The notes under the pieces are model-generated. The model was given only the letters and a program-made list of their open reading frames with translations. It was not told the origin of the DNA and ran no database searches. DNA of 59,955 nucleotides, counting the filler, from an uncultured Clostridia bacterium (GTDB lineage: Bacteria; Aerophobota; Aerophobia; Aerophobales; B3-G15), in NCBI GenBank assembly GCA_964482715.1. It is 2 parts of 2 records of this genome, joined end to end, with 100 filler letters (N's around TTAATTAATTAA, not from the genome) between each part and the next. Parts side by side here need not be neighbours in the genome. Positions count along the whole stretch, not along the records: positions 30,175 to 59,955 come from CAYZYX010000024.1; 1 more part is not named here. One strand, given 5' to 3'. Made by a program: the position numbers and the translations under genes. The number at the start of each line of letters is the position of its first letter. Position 1 is the stretch's first letter. This document shows, one piece after another, positions 30,075 through 39,008 of the stretch.

Positions 30075-30174
30075 NNNNNNNNNNNNNNNNNNNNNNNNNN
30101 NNNNNNNNNNNNNNNNNNTTAATTAATTAANNNNNNNNNNNNNNNNNNNNNNNNNNNNNNNNNNNNNNNNNNNN
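30075..30174. other. Artificial contig linker / assembly gap
   Basis: N44-TTAATTAATTAA-N44. The 12-mer puts stop codons in all six frames. Confidence 0.97.
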
Positions 30175-31658
30175 TTAAGAGAAAAATACAGTTTTCTGTA
30201 AATCCTGTATTTTTTATCGTACTTTTCTTTTTGTTCTCTCCGGGGCGAGAAAACCTTTTTAAACTTGATTAGTTTCTGAGTAGCTTCCTCAAAGGTACTG
30301 TAGATACCAATACCTTTTCCTGCCAGTATAGCAGCTCCAAGACACCCGGCATCGGAAGTTTCAAGCTGACAAAAGTCTTTGCCGGTTACATCTGCCTTAA
30401 TTTGCAGCCACTTATCGGATTTTGCTCCTCCTCCAATAGAGTGCAATTTTTCCACTTTTATTCCTGTTTTCTCCAAAAATTCCAGGTTAAGTTTAAGTTC
30501 ATAGGCAACACAGTCCAAAATAGCTTTAACGATGTCTTTTCGTCCTGTTTCAAGAGTGAGCCCTACTATGGCCCCCTTAGAGGCTGGATCAAACCATGGA
30601 GTTCCACTTCCTACAAAGTGGGGAAGTACCAGAACCGGTGAGGGTTCATCTTCTGTTTGCTGGATGATCAGTTCATAGACATCCCTTCTTTGTTTTTTGG
30701 CTATATTCCTTTCCTCCCCAGCAAAGTTGTCTCTATACCATTTAAGAAGGGCACCTGCGGTGTAAAAATAAGCCAGGGTTACAAATTTATCTTCAATTAC
30801 GTATGGATAAGTGGCATAGTTGAAGGAAAGTCGTGACTCAGGAAGAGTCAGCTTATCAAGAACGCAGGCTACACACTCCACTGTTCCACAGCTATCTGTA
30901 GCCTGCCCTTCTCTTACTACGCCTGCCCCCAGGGCGCTTACCGGTTGATCATGCCCACCCAGGACAGCAACCGTGTCTTTAGACAGACAGAGCTTATCTG
31001 CTATCCGGGAACTTATTTTTCCGACTGCTCTACCTGAGGGGAAAACTCTGGAAAAGAGAGATTTGTCAATTCCTGTTTTTTGTAGAATTTCTTCTGACCA
31101 GTCTTTAGCACGGATATCAAAGGCCATAGTTCGAGCGGCAAGGCAAAAATCGAGTGCAGGCTCAAGTCCCAGTTTAAGAAGGATGTAGTCTTCGTAAAGA
31201 ACAAATTTCCAGGTTTTTTCCAGTATTTGAGGTCTGTGATTCTTAATCCAGAGGATTTTACTTATAGAAAATGAGGGATGAACCGGCATACCAGTAATTT
31301 CAAATATACGCTTTTTACCTATGGTTTTTTCCAGCCAGAGAGTTTCTTCGATTGATCTTCTATCAACAGCAGTTATACTGTTACACAAAGGTTTTCCATC
31401 TCTGGCAACTGGAGTGACGGCTTCTCCCAGGACGGAAAGACCAATGGCTTTAACAGGGTCTCTTTTTGTCTTTGAGGCAACTTCCCTTATAACTTTCTGG
31501 GTACAGTCCCAGATTTGCTCTGGGTTCATTTCCACCCAGCCAGCTTCTGGGTAAAGTTCTGGATATTCACGGTAGGCTCTGGCCAGAACCTCTCCTTCCG
31601 GGGTAAAGGTAATAGCCTTTACCCCGGTAGTTCCCACATCAAGTCCCATCAAACTCAT
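30175..31658 (-). CDS. FGGY-family carbohydrate kinase (3' end cut by the gap)
   Basis: GLDVGTTGVK, GGHDQ, LPHFVGSGTP and IGGGAKSDKWLQIKAD. Confidence 0.9.
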
Positions 31659-31670
31659 TTAAACTTCCCT

Positions 31671-33008
31671 TTAACTTTCAAATTTTAAAGGTCTGGGATA
31701 ATATTTGGGGGATGCTCTAAACCAGCGCACTTCAGGCCTTTCAAGTACTCCCCACTTTTCCAGAGCAGCTTTAAGCTCCTTTTTAGTTTTTGCCGCTTCT
31801 TCCAGAGGAATACCCTGCATGGTAGCTTCAATGGCCTGTTGCCAGGCTCGGGCTCCAGCCTGGTAACCCGTTGGATGACCCAGCATTCCCCCTCCGGCAG
31901 GAATTACAATATCCGGTCCAAACTCCCTCACCAGGACAGGAACAAGTCCGGGATACATTCCAGCAGCTGGCATGGGCCAGGTTCTTTTTATATGTCCGAG
32001 AGGAGCAAGTTTTACCTGGGCGGTTCTAATTCCCTCTTCATGAGATACGAGGGGAATGGTGGACCAGTAACAGGGAGTAAGCATAAGGTCCGCTCCACAG
32101 ATACGACATATTTTGGCCATTGCTGGCCAGGCGATACTGGGAGTTAGGGCAATCATATGGGAGGGATGCAGGAGAATGGGTACATTGATTTCAGGGTCTT
32201 CTGCCAGCACTCTAAGCAAAGACGGACCTGCAGAGTAAGCAAGAAGAAGACCATTTGCCCCCAGCTTCACCGCTCGTTTTGCCTTCTCCAGCACTTTATC
32301 AGCTTCATCAGTAATACTAACAAAATAGATAACCTCTTTTCCAGTTTTACTTTTTGCCTTATCCAGAGCTTCCATCACTGCAGTGAGTCTGTCCTCCATT
32401 TTGGAGTTATAAACGTCACTTGTCATCTCATCATCTTTAACCATATCTACTCCACCCAGAGCTGTCTCGTAAACCTGCTTTGCCGTTTGATCGGGTGTCA
32501 TTCCCATCTTAGGTTTTATAATGTGCAGGGAAAGCGGTCTTCCGAAGATTCCCATTTTTTCCCTTATCCCACTTATGCCAAACTTAGGCCCCTGGAACTC
32601 CTTTAAAAGATCTGGAGGAAAAAAGACGTCCAGAAACCTTAATCTGTTAGAATAGGCAAAACAATTTCCTGCCACAGATAAAAGCATCATAGGGACATTG
32701 GTCTGCCAGGCATCTATGGGGAAGGCAAGCTGGATAACCGCTCTTTTCACATTATCAGGAGAGGGAATCTGGTAGTAGCCAACCACTTTTCCAGAAAGAC
32801 TTTTTACAACTTCCTCTGAGTGTTCCTTGACCTCCTCCCAGGTTCCGGTTGACCCCTCGAAAGCAAGACTCTGTACAAGAGAGAGATGGTCTATAGGATC
32901 GTCCCCAGGAAGGGGATCTTCAAGATAATAGGTACCTATGATGTGTCTTTTTAAATCCACACCATCAAAGGTCTGATTAAACATAATAGGATTATAGTAA
33001 GGTCTCAT
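31671..33008 (-). CDS. RuBisCO-like protein (form IV)
   Basis: EGSTGTW, AGN, GPKFG, IIKPKMG, VKDDE and AGGGMLGHP; LHP instead of the HR of true RuBisCO. Confidence 0.92.
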   Translation of the reverse strand: MRPYYNPIMFNQTFDGVDLKRHIIGTYYLEDPLPGDDPIDHLSLVQSLAFEGSTGTWEEVKEHSEEVVKSLSGKVVGYYQIPSPDNVKRAVIQLAFPIDAWQTNVPMMLLSVAGNCFAYSNRLRFLDVFFPPDLLKEFQGPKFGISGIREKMGIFGRPLSLHIIKPKMGMTPDQTAKQVYETALGGVDMVKDDEMTSDVYNSKMEDRLTAVMEALDKAKSKTGKEVIYFVSITDEADKVLEKAKRAVKLGANGLLLAYSAGPSLLRVLAEDPEINVPILLHPSHMIALTPSIAWPAMAKICRICGADLMLTPCYWSTIPLVSHEEGIRTAQVKLAPLGHIKRTWPMPAAGMYPGLVPVLVREFGPDIVIPAGGGMLGHPTGYQAGARAWQQAIEATMQGIPLEEAAKTKKELKAALEKWGVLERPEVRWFRASPKYYPRPLKFES

Positions 33009-33027
33009 TAAATCCTCCTTGTGCAGG

Positions 33028-34038
33028 TTATTTTCCTAACAGCTTTTTAATTTCTCTAATTAAGTCTTCCTCGCCTGGTACATAGTAATTTTCCATAACC
33101 GGTGCAAAGGGAACAGGAGTAGGAGGAGGACCTACTCTTATGGGAGGTGCATCAAGATAGTCGAAAGCTTTTTCAGTAATCAGAGCAACAACTTCGGCGC
33201 CCCATCCAGCAAAAACATTATCTTCCTGGATTATTACAAGTTTACCCGTTTTTTTAACAGATTCCAGTATGGTGTCTACGTCAAGTGGTACAAGGCATCG
33301 TGGGTCTATAACTTCAATGTCTATTTTCTCTTCTTCTAATTTTTTCGCTGCACCAAGAGCAGAGTGAACAGTCCTGAGGAGTCCAACAACAGTTATATCT
33401 TTTCCCTCTCTTTTTATATCTGCTTTCCCTAAGGGAATGAGATATTCTTCTTCAGGGACTTCCATGCTTACATCAATGGCCTCTCTTCTTCCCTTAGCCC
33501 CGTAAAGGAGTTTATGCTCAAAAAACATAACAGGGTTGTCATCTCTGATGGCTGTTTTTAATAAGCCTTTGGCATCGTATGGAGTTGAAGGACAGATCAC
33601 TCTGAGTCCAGGAATATGGGCAAAAATAGACTCAAGAGATTGAGCATGCTGGGTTCCTCTTCCAGATGCTCCCACAGGTATGCGCATAACAAGAGGAATT
33701 TTAATTTTTCCTGCTGAAAGATATCTGAGCTTTGCTGCATTGTTGATAAGCTGATCCATGGCAATAAAGATAAAATCTCCATATTGAACATCAGCTACAG
33801 GACGCATTCCCATAATCGCTGCTCCTATGGCAACCCCGGCAATACCAGCCTCAGAAATGGGTGTATCCAGAATCCTCTGGTGTCCAAATTCATCCGATAG
33901 ACCAAGTGTAACTCCGAAAGCACCACCAAAACCACCTTCTATTCCAACATCTTCCCCTATGCAGAAAACTCTTTCGTCTCTTCGCATCTCTTCCCTGATT
34001 GCCTCTCTTATAGCCTCAGCTACAGTTAATTTTCTCAC
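33028..34038 (-). CDS. TPP-dependent dehydrogenase E1 beta subunit (pyruvate/acetoin dehydrogenase-like)
   Basis: IGEDVG, DTPISEAG, QHAQSLE, DAKGLLK and FFEHKLLY. Confidence 0.92.
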   Translation of the reverse strand: MRKLTVAEAIREAIREEMRRDERVFCIGEDVGIEGGFGGAFGVTLGLSDEFGHQRILDTPISEAGIAGVAIGAAIMGMRPVADVQYGDFIFIAMDQLINNAAKLRYLSAGKIKIPLVMRIPVGASGRGTQHAQSLESIFAHIPGLRVICPSTPYDAKGLLKTAIRDDNPVMFFEHKLLYGAKGRREAIDVSMEVPEEEYLIPLGKADIKREGKDITVVGLLRTVHSALGAAKKLEEEKIDIEVIDPRCLVPLDVDTILESVKKTGKLVIIQEDNVFAGWGAEVVALITEKAFDYLDAPPIRVGPPPTPVPFAPVMENYYVPGEEDLIREIKKLLGK

Positions 34039-34052
34039 CTTTCACCTCTCGT

Positions 34053-35024
34053 TTAAGCAAATACATTGGTTAAGGTATCTTCTGGCCTGGGAGAAGGACT
34101 TTTTTTTGCATATTCAATGGCTTCATCAATTTCCATCTTAACACCTTCCTCTATCTGTTTCGCTTTCTCCTCGGTCAAAATGCCCATTTTTATCAGTTTC
34201 TCTTTAGCTCGAGGAATGGGATCTTTTGCCAGCCAGTATTCTACTTCCTCCTTTGGCCGATATCTACAGGCATCGGTGCGAGAATGTCCCCCCCGGCGGT
34301 AAGTTTTACATTCAAGTAAAGTGGGACCCTTTCCCTCTCTTGCCCGATGGATAGCCTCTTTTGCAGCCTCATAAACAGCAAATACATCGTTGCCATCAAC
34401 TATCTTTCCGGGAATACCATAGGAAGATGCTCTTTCTACGATATTTTTGATTTTCATGACCTTGCTTACATGGGTGGAAGCTCCATAGAGATTATTTTCA
34501 CATACATAGACTACAGGTAGATTCCATATTGCCCCCATATTTATCCCTTCATGGAAAGCTCCCGTGTTGGAAGCTCCATCTCCAAAAAAACAAACGGCTA
34601 CTCTGTCAAGGTTCATCATCTTGAAAGCAAGGGCACATCCTGTAGCTACCGGAATGCTACCTCCCACAATAGCTATTGCCGGAATCATCCCCACATCAAT
34701 ATCTCCAACATGCATGGATCCACCTTTAGCCTCACAACAACCGGTTTTTTTTGCAAAAAGCTCGGCCATTAAAGATTTTAAAGCTACCCCCTTAGCTATG
34801 GCATGCCCATGAGGTCGATGAGTGCTTGTTATCACATCCTCTTTTCTTAAATTAGCACAAACACCTGCGGCAATAGCTTCCTGTCCCTGGTAAAGATGAA
34901 TTGTTCCCGGCATCTCTCCCTGTAAAAACAGAAGATAAACTCTGTCTTCAAACTGCCTTATCTTCACCATGGTGGCATACATCCATATAAGTGTTTCAGG
35001 AGCTACATTCATTTCTGTATTCAT
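34053..35024 (-). CDS. TPP-dependent dehydrogenase E1 alpha subunit
   Basis: HLYQGQEA, STHRPHGH, GGSMH, TPP motif GDGASN...ENN and YRRGGHS. Start ATG 35024 has an AAGGAG RBS. Confidence 0.92.
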   Translation of the reverse strand: MNTEMNVAPETLIWMYATMVKIRQFEDRVYLLFLQGEMPGTIHLYQGQEAIAAGVCANLRKEDVITSTHRPHGHAIAKGVALKSLMAELFAKKTGCCEAKGGSMHVGDIDVGMIPAIAIVGGSIPVATGCALAFKMMNLDRVAVCFFGDGASNTGAFHEGINMGAIWNLPVVYVCENNLYGASTHVSKVMKIKNIVERASSYGIPGKIVDGNDVFAVYEAAKEAIHRAREGKGPTLLECKTYRRGGHSRTDACRYRPKEEVEYWLAKDPIPRAKEKLIKMGILTEEKAKQIEEGVKMEIDEAIEYAKKSPSPRPEDTLTNVFA

Positions 35025-35775
35025 AAGACACTCTCCTTTGACGTTTAAGTTCCATAATAAAATCCCATCTATCTGCTCGGTTATAAATGATAGCATATTC
35101 CACCGGTGTCTCATCTTCCAGAAAGCATATTCTTTCTATCACAAGTAAGGGGTCTCCCTCTTGAATGTCCAGCAACAAAGCCTCCTTCTGATTGGCAACT
35201 TTACAGTAAACCCTTTGAGTTGCCCTGGATATTATAAAGCCGAGATTTTCTAAGGCTACGGTTAAAGACTGTGTTTTCCAGTCGTAACTATGCTGGTAAA
35301 TTTCCGGACATAAAGAGTAGGGAAGATATGAAACTTGAATTGCCATTGGTTGTTCATCAGCCAGACGAACTCTGGCTAATTTTACAATTTTTTCGTTTTT
35401 GTTTAACTGTAAAATATTGCTTATCTTTAGAGGAGGAATTTCACATGTGATTTCTATAAGCCGTGAACTGGGTTTCAGACCTCTATTTACAATTTCTTCA
35501 GTGTAACTTAAAAGAACACCGCTTTCTTCATGGATTCGTGGTTTAACTACAAAAGTTCCTTTACCACGCTGTCTTCTTAATAGTCCTTCGTAAACAAGAC
35601 GAGAAGTGGCCTCTCTTACCGTGGTTCTACTTATACCGTATCTTTCGGCAATTTCATTCTCAGTCAGAAATGGATCCCCGGCCTTATAGTTACCTTTTAA
35701 AATTAAATCCTTCAGTATTTCTATCAGCTGGTTACTTAGAGGACGACCAATATTCTTTCTCAGTTTTTTAGACAC
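34996..35775 (-). CDS. GntR-family regulator with UTRA domain (HutC subfamily)
   Basis: TENEIAERYGISRTTVREA...RGKGTFV HTH; RVRLAD...PLLVIER UTRA domain. Confidence 0.92.
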   Translation of the reverse strand: MSKKLRKNIGRPLSNQLIEILKDLILKGNYKAGDPFLTENEIAERYGISRTTVREATSRLVYEGLLRRQRGKGTFVVKPRIHEESGVLLSYTEEIVNRGLKPSSRLIEITCEIPPLKISNILQLNKNEKIVKLARVRLADEQPMAIQVSYLPYSLCPEIYQHSYDWKTQSLTVALENLGFIISRATQRVYCKVANQKEALLLDIQEGDPLLVIERICFLEDETPVEYAIIYNRADRWDFIMELKRQRRVSYEYRNECSS

Positions 35776-35806
35776 TTATTAACCATCATCATGATAATTG
35801 GCTGAA

Positions 35807-35837
35807 TGTATAATATTATACAAATTTTTTTTGTCAA
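35807..35837 (-). promoter_or_regulatory. Promoter of the gntR operon overlapped by a perfect 16-bp palindrome (putative GntR operator)
   Basis: TGTATAATATTATACA (35807-35822) overlaps the -10 (TATTAT), 16 bp from TTGACA (35837-35832). TGT...ACA is typical of GntR-family sites. Confidence 0.55.
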
Positions 35838-35978
35838 CTTCCCACAGCGGATTACGACTTCTTGACATAAAAATATTATTTTTAACTCAAATTTGACAGT
35901 TGAAAAATATTTTGTTTGAATGTAAATAAAATATAAAAAGATTTTTATTTTTTTAAAATCTATTGTGGAAAGCTGAAA

Positions 35979-37007
35979 TTGGCAAGAATAGTGGTACTTG
36001 GTGCTGGTATGATGGGGACTGCCTGTGCGTCTCATCTTACAAGATGTGGACATGATGTGAATCTCTGGGGAACAGAACTTGATGGAGAAATAATCGATTT
36101 ACTTAAAAGAGAAAGAAAACATTTGACTTTACAAGCTACTGTCCCTTCCGAGATTAAATTTTTTCGGGCTGAGGAGTTGAAAGAAGCAATGAAAGACAGA
36201 GAATTGGTGGTAATTGCTGTAATTTCTCATGCCGTTGGGAAAATAGTCGAGAAAATAGTTCCTTTTTTAGAGAAGGGGATGATAATAATAAATGTTGCTA
36301 AAGGGATCCCTGAGGCTCCCTACTTAACTCTTTGTGATTTAATTGAGAATTTAATTCCCTCCTGGCTTAAAAAAAGAGTTTGGGTAGTTGGTATGGGAGG
36401 TCCTGCACGGGCCGGTGAACTGGTAAGTGAGGTTTATACTGAAGTGATTTTTGCGGCAAAAAACAGGGAAATTGCCAGGCATTGTGTGCATCTTTTTTCT
36501 AATTCTAAGTTAAGGGCAAAAGCTACGAGTGATCTGGTGGGGGTGGAGTTATGTGCGGCAATGAAGAATGCCTACGCAATAGCCGTAGGAATGTGTGAAG
36601 GAGTGGCAGAGAAACTGGAAATGACAATGGACAATACAAAAGCTGCTTTTATGGCTCAGGCTATTACTGAAATGTCAAAGTTTATTGTACCCTGCGGTGG
36701 AAATTTGGAAACTGTAATGGGGACTGCAGGAGTAGGTGATCTTTATGTTACCGTACAGGGAGGTCGAAATGGAAGATTAGGTCGACTTTTAGGATTAGGG
36801 ATGAGGGTTAGCCAGGCTCTTGAGCAAATGAAAGATCAAACTGTCGAGGGTTACACAACCTGTCAGGGAATGCTTAGACTGGCAAAAGAACTTGAGAGAA
36901 AATGTGTCCTGCAGATAAAAAGAGATCTTCCCCTCTTTGTGGAGCTTTATGAGGTCCTGTACTGTCAGAAGAAAGTTGAAAGGGTGATAAAAGAGTACTG
37001 GGGTTAG
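35979..37007 (+). CDS. gpsA: NAD(P)H-dependent glycerol-3-phosphate dehydrogenase family protein (divergent)
   Basis: GAGMMG, VAKG, KNAYAIA, GVGDLYVT, GRN and TVEG. Confidence 0.75.
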   Translation: MARIVVLGAGMMGTACASHLTRCGHDVNLWGTELDGEIIDLLKRERKHLTLQATVPSEIKFFRAEELKEAMKDRELVVIAVISHAVGKIVEKIVPFLEKGMIIINVAKGIPEAPYLTLCDLIENLIPSWLKKRVWVVGMGGPARAGELVSEVYTEVIFAAKNREIARHCVHLFSNSKLRAKATSDLVGVELCAAMKNAYAIAVGMCEGVAEKLEMTMDNTKAAFMAQAITEMSKFIVPCGGNLETVMGTAGVGDLYVTVQGGRNGRLGRLLGLGMRVSQALEQMKDQTVEGYTTCQGMLRLAKELERKCVLQIKRDLPLFVELYEVLYCQKKVERVIKEYWG

Positions 37008-37023
37008 ACGTGCTAAAATCAAA

Positions 37024-37848
37024 ATGTACGAAAAAATCAGAAGAAGAATATTTGAGATTATTGAAAAGGCTTCCCCTGAAGATATAGCAAGTAAGATCTT
37101 TGATATATTTATAATGTTTTTAATTTCCCTAAATGTTATTGCTGTTACACTGGAAACAGTAAAAAGCCTATCATTACGATATGCTTTTTTATTCCGGAAA
37201 TTTGAAGTATTTTCTGTTATGGTCTTTACAGTGGAATATGCTCTTCGTTTATGGTCCTGCACTACAGAAAGAAAGTTTCATTTCCCTTTTAAAGGAAGGA
37301 TTAAATTTGCCCTGAAACCTCTTTCCCTTGTTGATCTGGCAGCTATACTGCCATTTTATCTGCCCATGATTATCACCCTTGACCTCAGGTTTATAAGGAT
37401 AATAAGGTTAATTCGGCTCTTTCGGATATTTAAATTAGGAAGATACTCCGAATCTATGAAAACTTTCGGAAATGTGCTCCGTGCAAAAAAAGAAGAACTT
37501 TTCATAACCATGTTTGTTGTTTTTATTCTGTTACTTGTTGCATCAAGTTTAATGTATTTTATTGAAAATGAGGCTCAACCTGATGTTTTTTCAAGTATTC
37601 CTGCTGCCATGTGGTGGGGAGTAGCTACGTTGACCACCGTGGGTTACGGAGATGTTTATCCCATCACTCCCGCCGGGAAATTCCTGGGGGCTATAATTGC
37701 TATTTTAGGAATAGGTATGTTTGCTCTACCTGCAGGTATAATTGGTTCTGGATTTATTGAAGAGATTCAAAAAAGACAGGCGAAAAAACGAATTCTGGTT
37801 TGTCCTCACTGTGGAAAGAATATTTACGATTTAAGAGAAGATAAGTGA
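37024..37848 (+). CDS. Voltage-gated-type potassium channel (6TM)
   Basis: S4-like RFIRIIRLIRLFRIFK, selectivity filter TTVGYGD and C-terminal CPHCG. Confidence 0.93.
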   Translation: MYEKIRRRIFEIIEKASPEDIASKIFDIFIMFLISLNVIAVTLETVKSLSLRYAFLFRKFEVFSVMVFTVEYALRLWSCTTERKFHFPFKGRIKFALKPLSLVDLAAILPFYLPMIITLDLRFIRIIRLIRLFRIFKLGRYSESMKTFGNVLRAKKEELFITMFVVFILLLVASSLMYFIENEAQPDVFSSIPAAMWWGVATLTTVGYGDVYPITPAGKFLGAIIAILGIGMFALPAGIIGSGFIEEIQKRQAKKRILVCPHCGKNIYDLREDK

Positions 37849-38459
37849 AAAATAAATTAGAGGTAAATGAACAGACTTTGAGGGGACCGGTGTGGCTAAT
37901 GCAGCCTATTCCCTATTTTGGCGAATCTTTAGAAGGTGGATGGGTAGTGGAGCCCAAAATTGATGGATGGAGACTTCAGATTGTTAAGCATCTTTCTGGC
38001 AAAGTCAAACTCTGGGGCAGGAGACTGGAGAAAAATCCCGACTGGACTGATAAACTCAAACAAGTTACCAGATTGGCTGGAGAGATCCTTCCTTCAGGGA
38101 CATTGATTGATGCAGAACTTTATTCAACAGGGGGAAGGCGATATATACCTTCTCTTTTCGCCAAAAACCCCAGGGCTTCTCCCGTTATTTACCTGTTTGA
38201 TGTTATCTTCTACCAGGGAAAGTTCGTGGGTGACCTCCCTCTGGAAGAACGAAAAAAGATACTACTAAAAATGACGTTAAAACCACCTTTTTATCACGTT
38301 GAATTTACTCCTCTGGTTGATCTTAACAGGCAGCTTATTGAAATGGTAAAAAGAGGACACGAGGGGGTGGTGATTAAGAAGCTTTCTTCCACCTATCAAC
38401 TGGCAAGGGATGGTCCCCTGGCTACACCAGATTGGCGAAAAATAAAACCGGGGAGGTAA
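37845..38459 (+). CDS. ATP-dependent ligase, adenylation (NTase) domain only
   Basis: Motif I EPKIDGWR, III IDAEL, IIIa YLFDVI, IV EGVVIK, V WRKIK; ends 3 residues later. Confidence 0.85.
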   Translation: MKNKLEVNEQTLRGPVWLMQPIPYFGESLEGGWVVEPKIDGWRLQIVKHLSGKVKLWGRRLEKNPDWTDKLKQVTRLAGEILPSGTLIDAELYSTGGRRYIPSLFAKNPRASPVIYLFDVIFYQGKFVGDLPLEERKKILLKMTLKPPFYHVEFTPLVDLNRQLIEMVKRGHEGVVIKKLSSTYQLARDGPLATPDWRKIKPGR

Positions 38460-38461
38460 AA

Positions 38462-38968
38462 ATGTCTGTAGTAGGTAGGTTTCAGGTGATGGCTACCTTA
38501 CAGGCGGCAAGAGCTTTTCTTCTGGGATTTTCCCTTGAATCAGCCAAAAGCTGGGGTCTTAACAGAGCAATATTTTATGCAGCAGCCAAGAGGGGATTCA
38601 AGAAGATTCCACCTCTGGAGAAAATAACTGTTCCCACTTTGAAGGGGAAAATAGAACCCGCCCTGCGTGAACAGATAGTAAAAAGTTTTAAACCTTACAC
38701 TCTGGGAGATGAGATGGCTTATTCTGTGGAAATAAACGGGGTTACTTATTTTCTTATTGGAGACAGGGTTCAGACTCCTGAAGATTTTGCCAGGCAAATT
38801 GAATCACGATTCAGAGGCAAGTTTGATCAAGCATGGAAGCAGGCTCTTGAACACTGCAGGAAATATGACCAGGCAATTCTGAAATCTCAGCGATATTTTT
38901 ATGAGATGGTGTACAAACCATTCAGAGATAAATTTGCCCAGGAATGGACAACTTTGAGCAGTCATTAA
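38462..38968 (+). CDS. Hypothetical protein immediately following the ligase domain gene
   Basis: ATG 38462 with a GGAGGT RBS inside the ligase 3' end; conserved-looking GRFQVMATLQAAR...KSWGLNRAIFYAAAK segment. Confidence 0.75.
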   Translation: MSVVGRFQVMATLQAARAFLLGFSLESAKSWGLNRAIFYAAAKRGFKKIPPLEKITVPTLKGKIEPALREQIVKSFKPYTLGDEMAYSVEINGVTYFLIGDRVQTPEDFARQIESRFRGKFDQAWKQALEHCRKYDQAILKSQRYFYEMVYKPFRDKFAQEWTTLSSH

Positions 38969-39008
38969 GCTACAAAACGAGATATTTTGATGGCTTGAAA
39001 TTATCTTT

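Noticed and set aside
30119-30130. Palindrome TTAATTAATTAA
   Set aside because: It is a synthetic six-frame stop linker between N runs.
31671-33008. True RuBisCO / Calvin cycle
   Set aside because: It lacks the R295, H327, K334 and S379 equivalents, and there is no phosphoribulokinase or small subunit nearby.
37845-38459. NHEJ LigD/Ku locus
   Set aside because: No Ku, primase-polymerase or phosphoesterase domain is present in the window.
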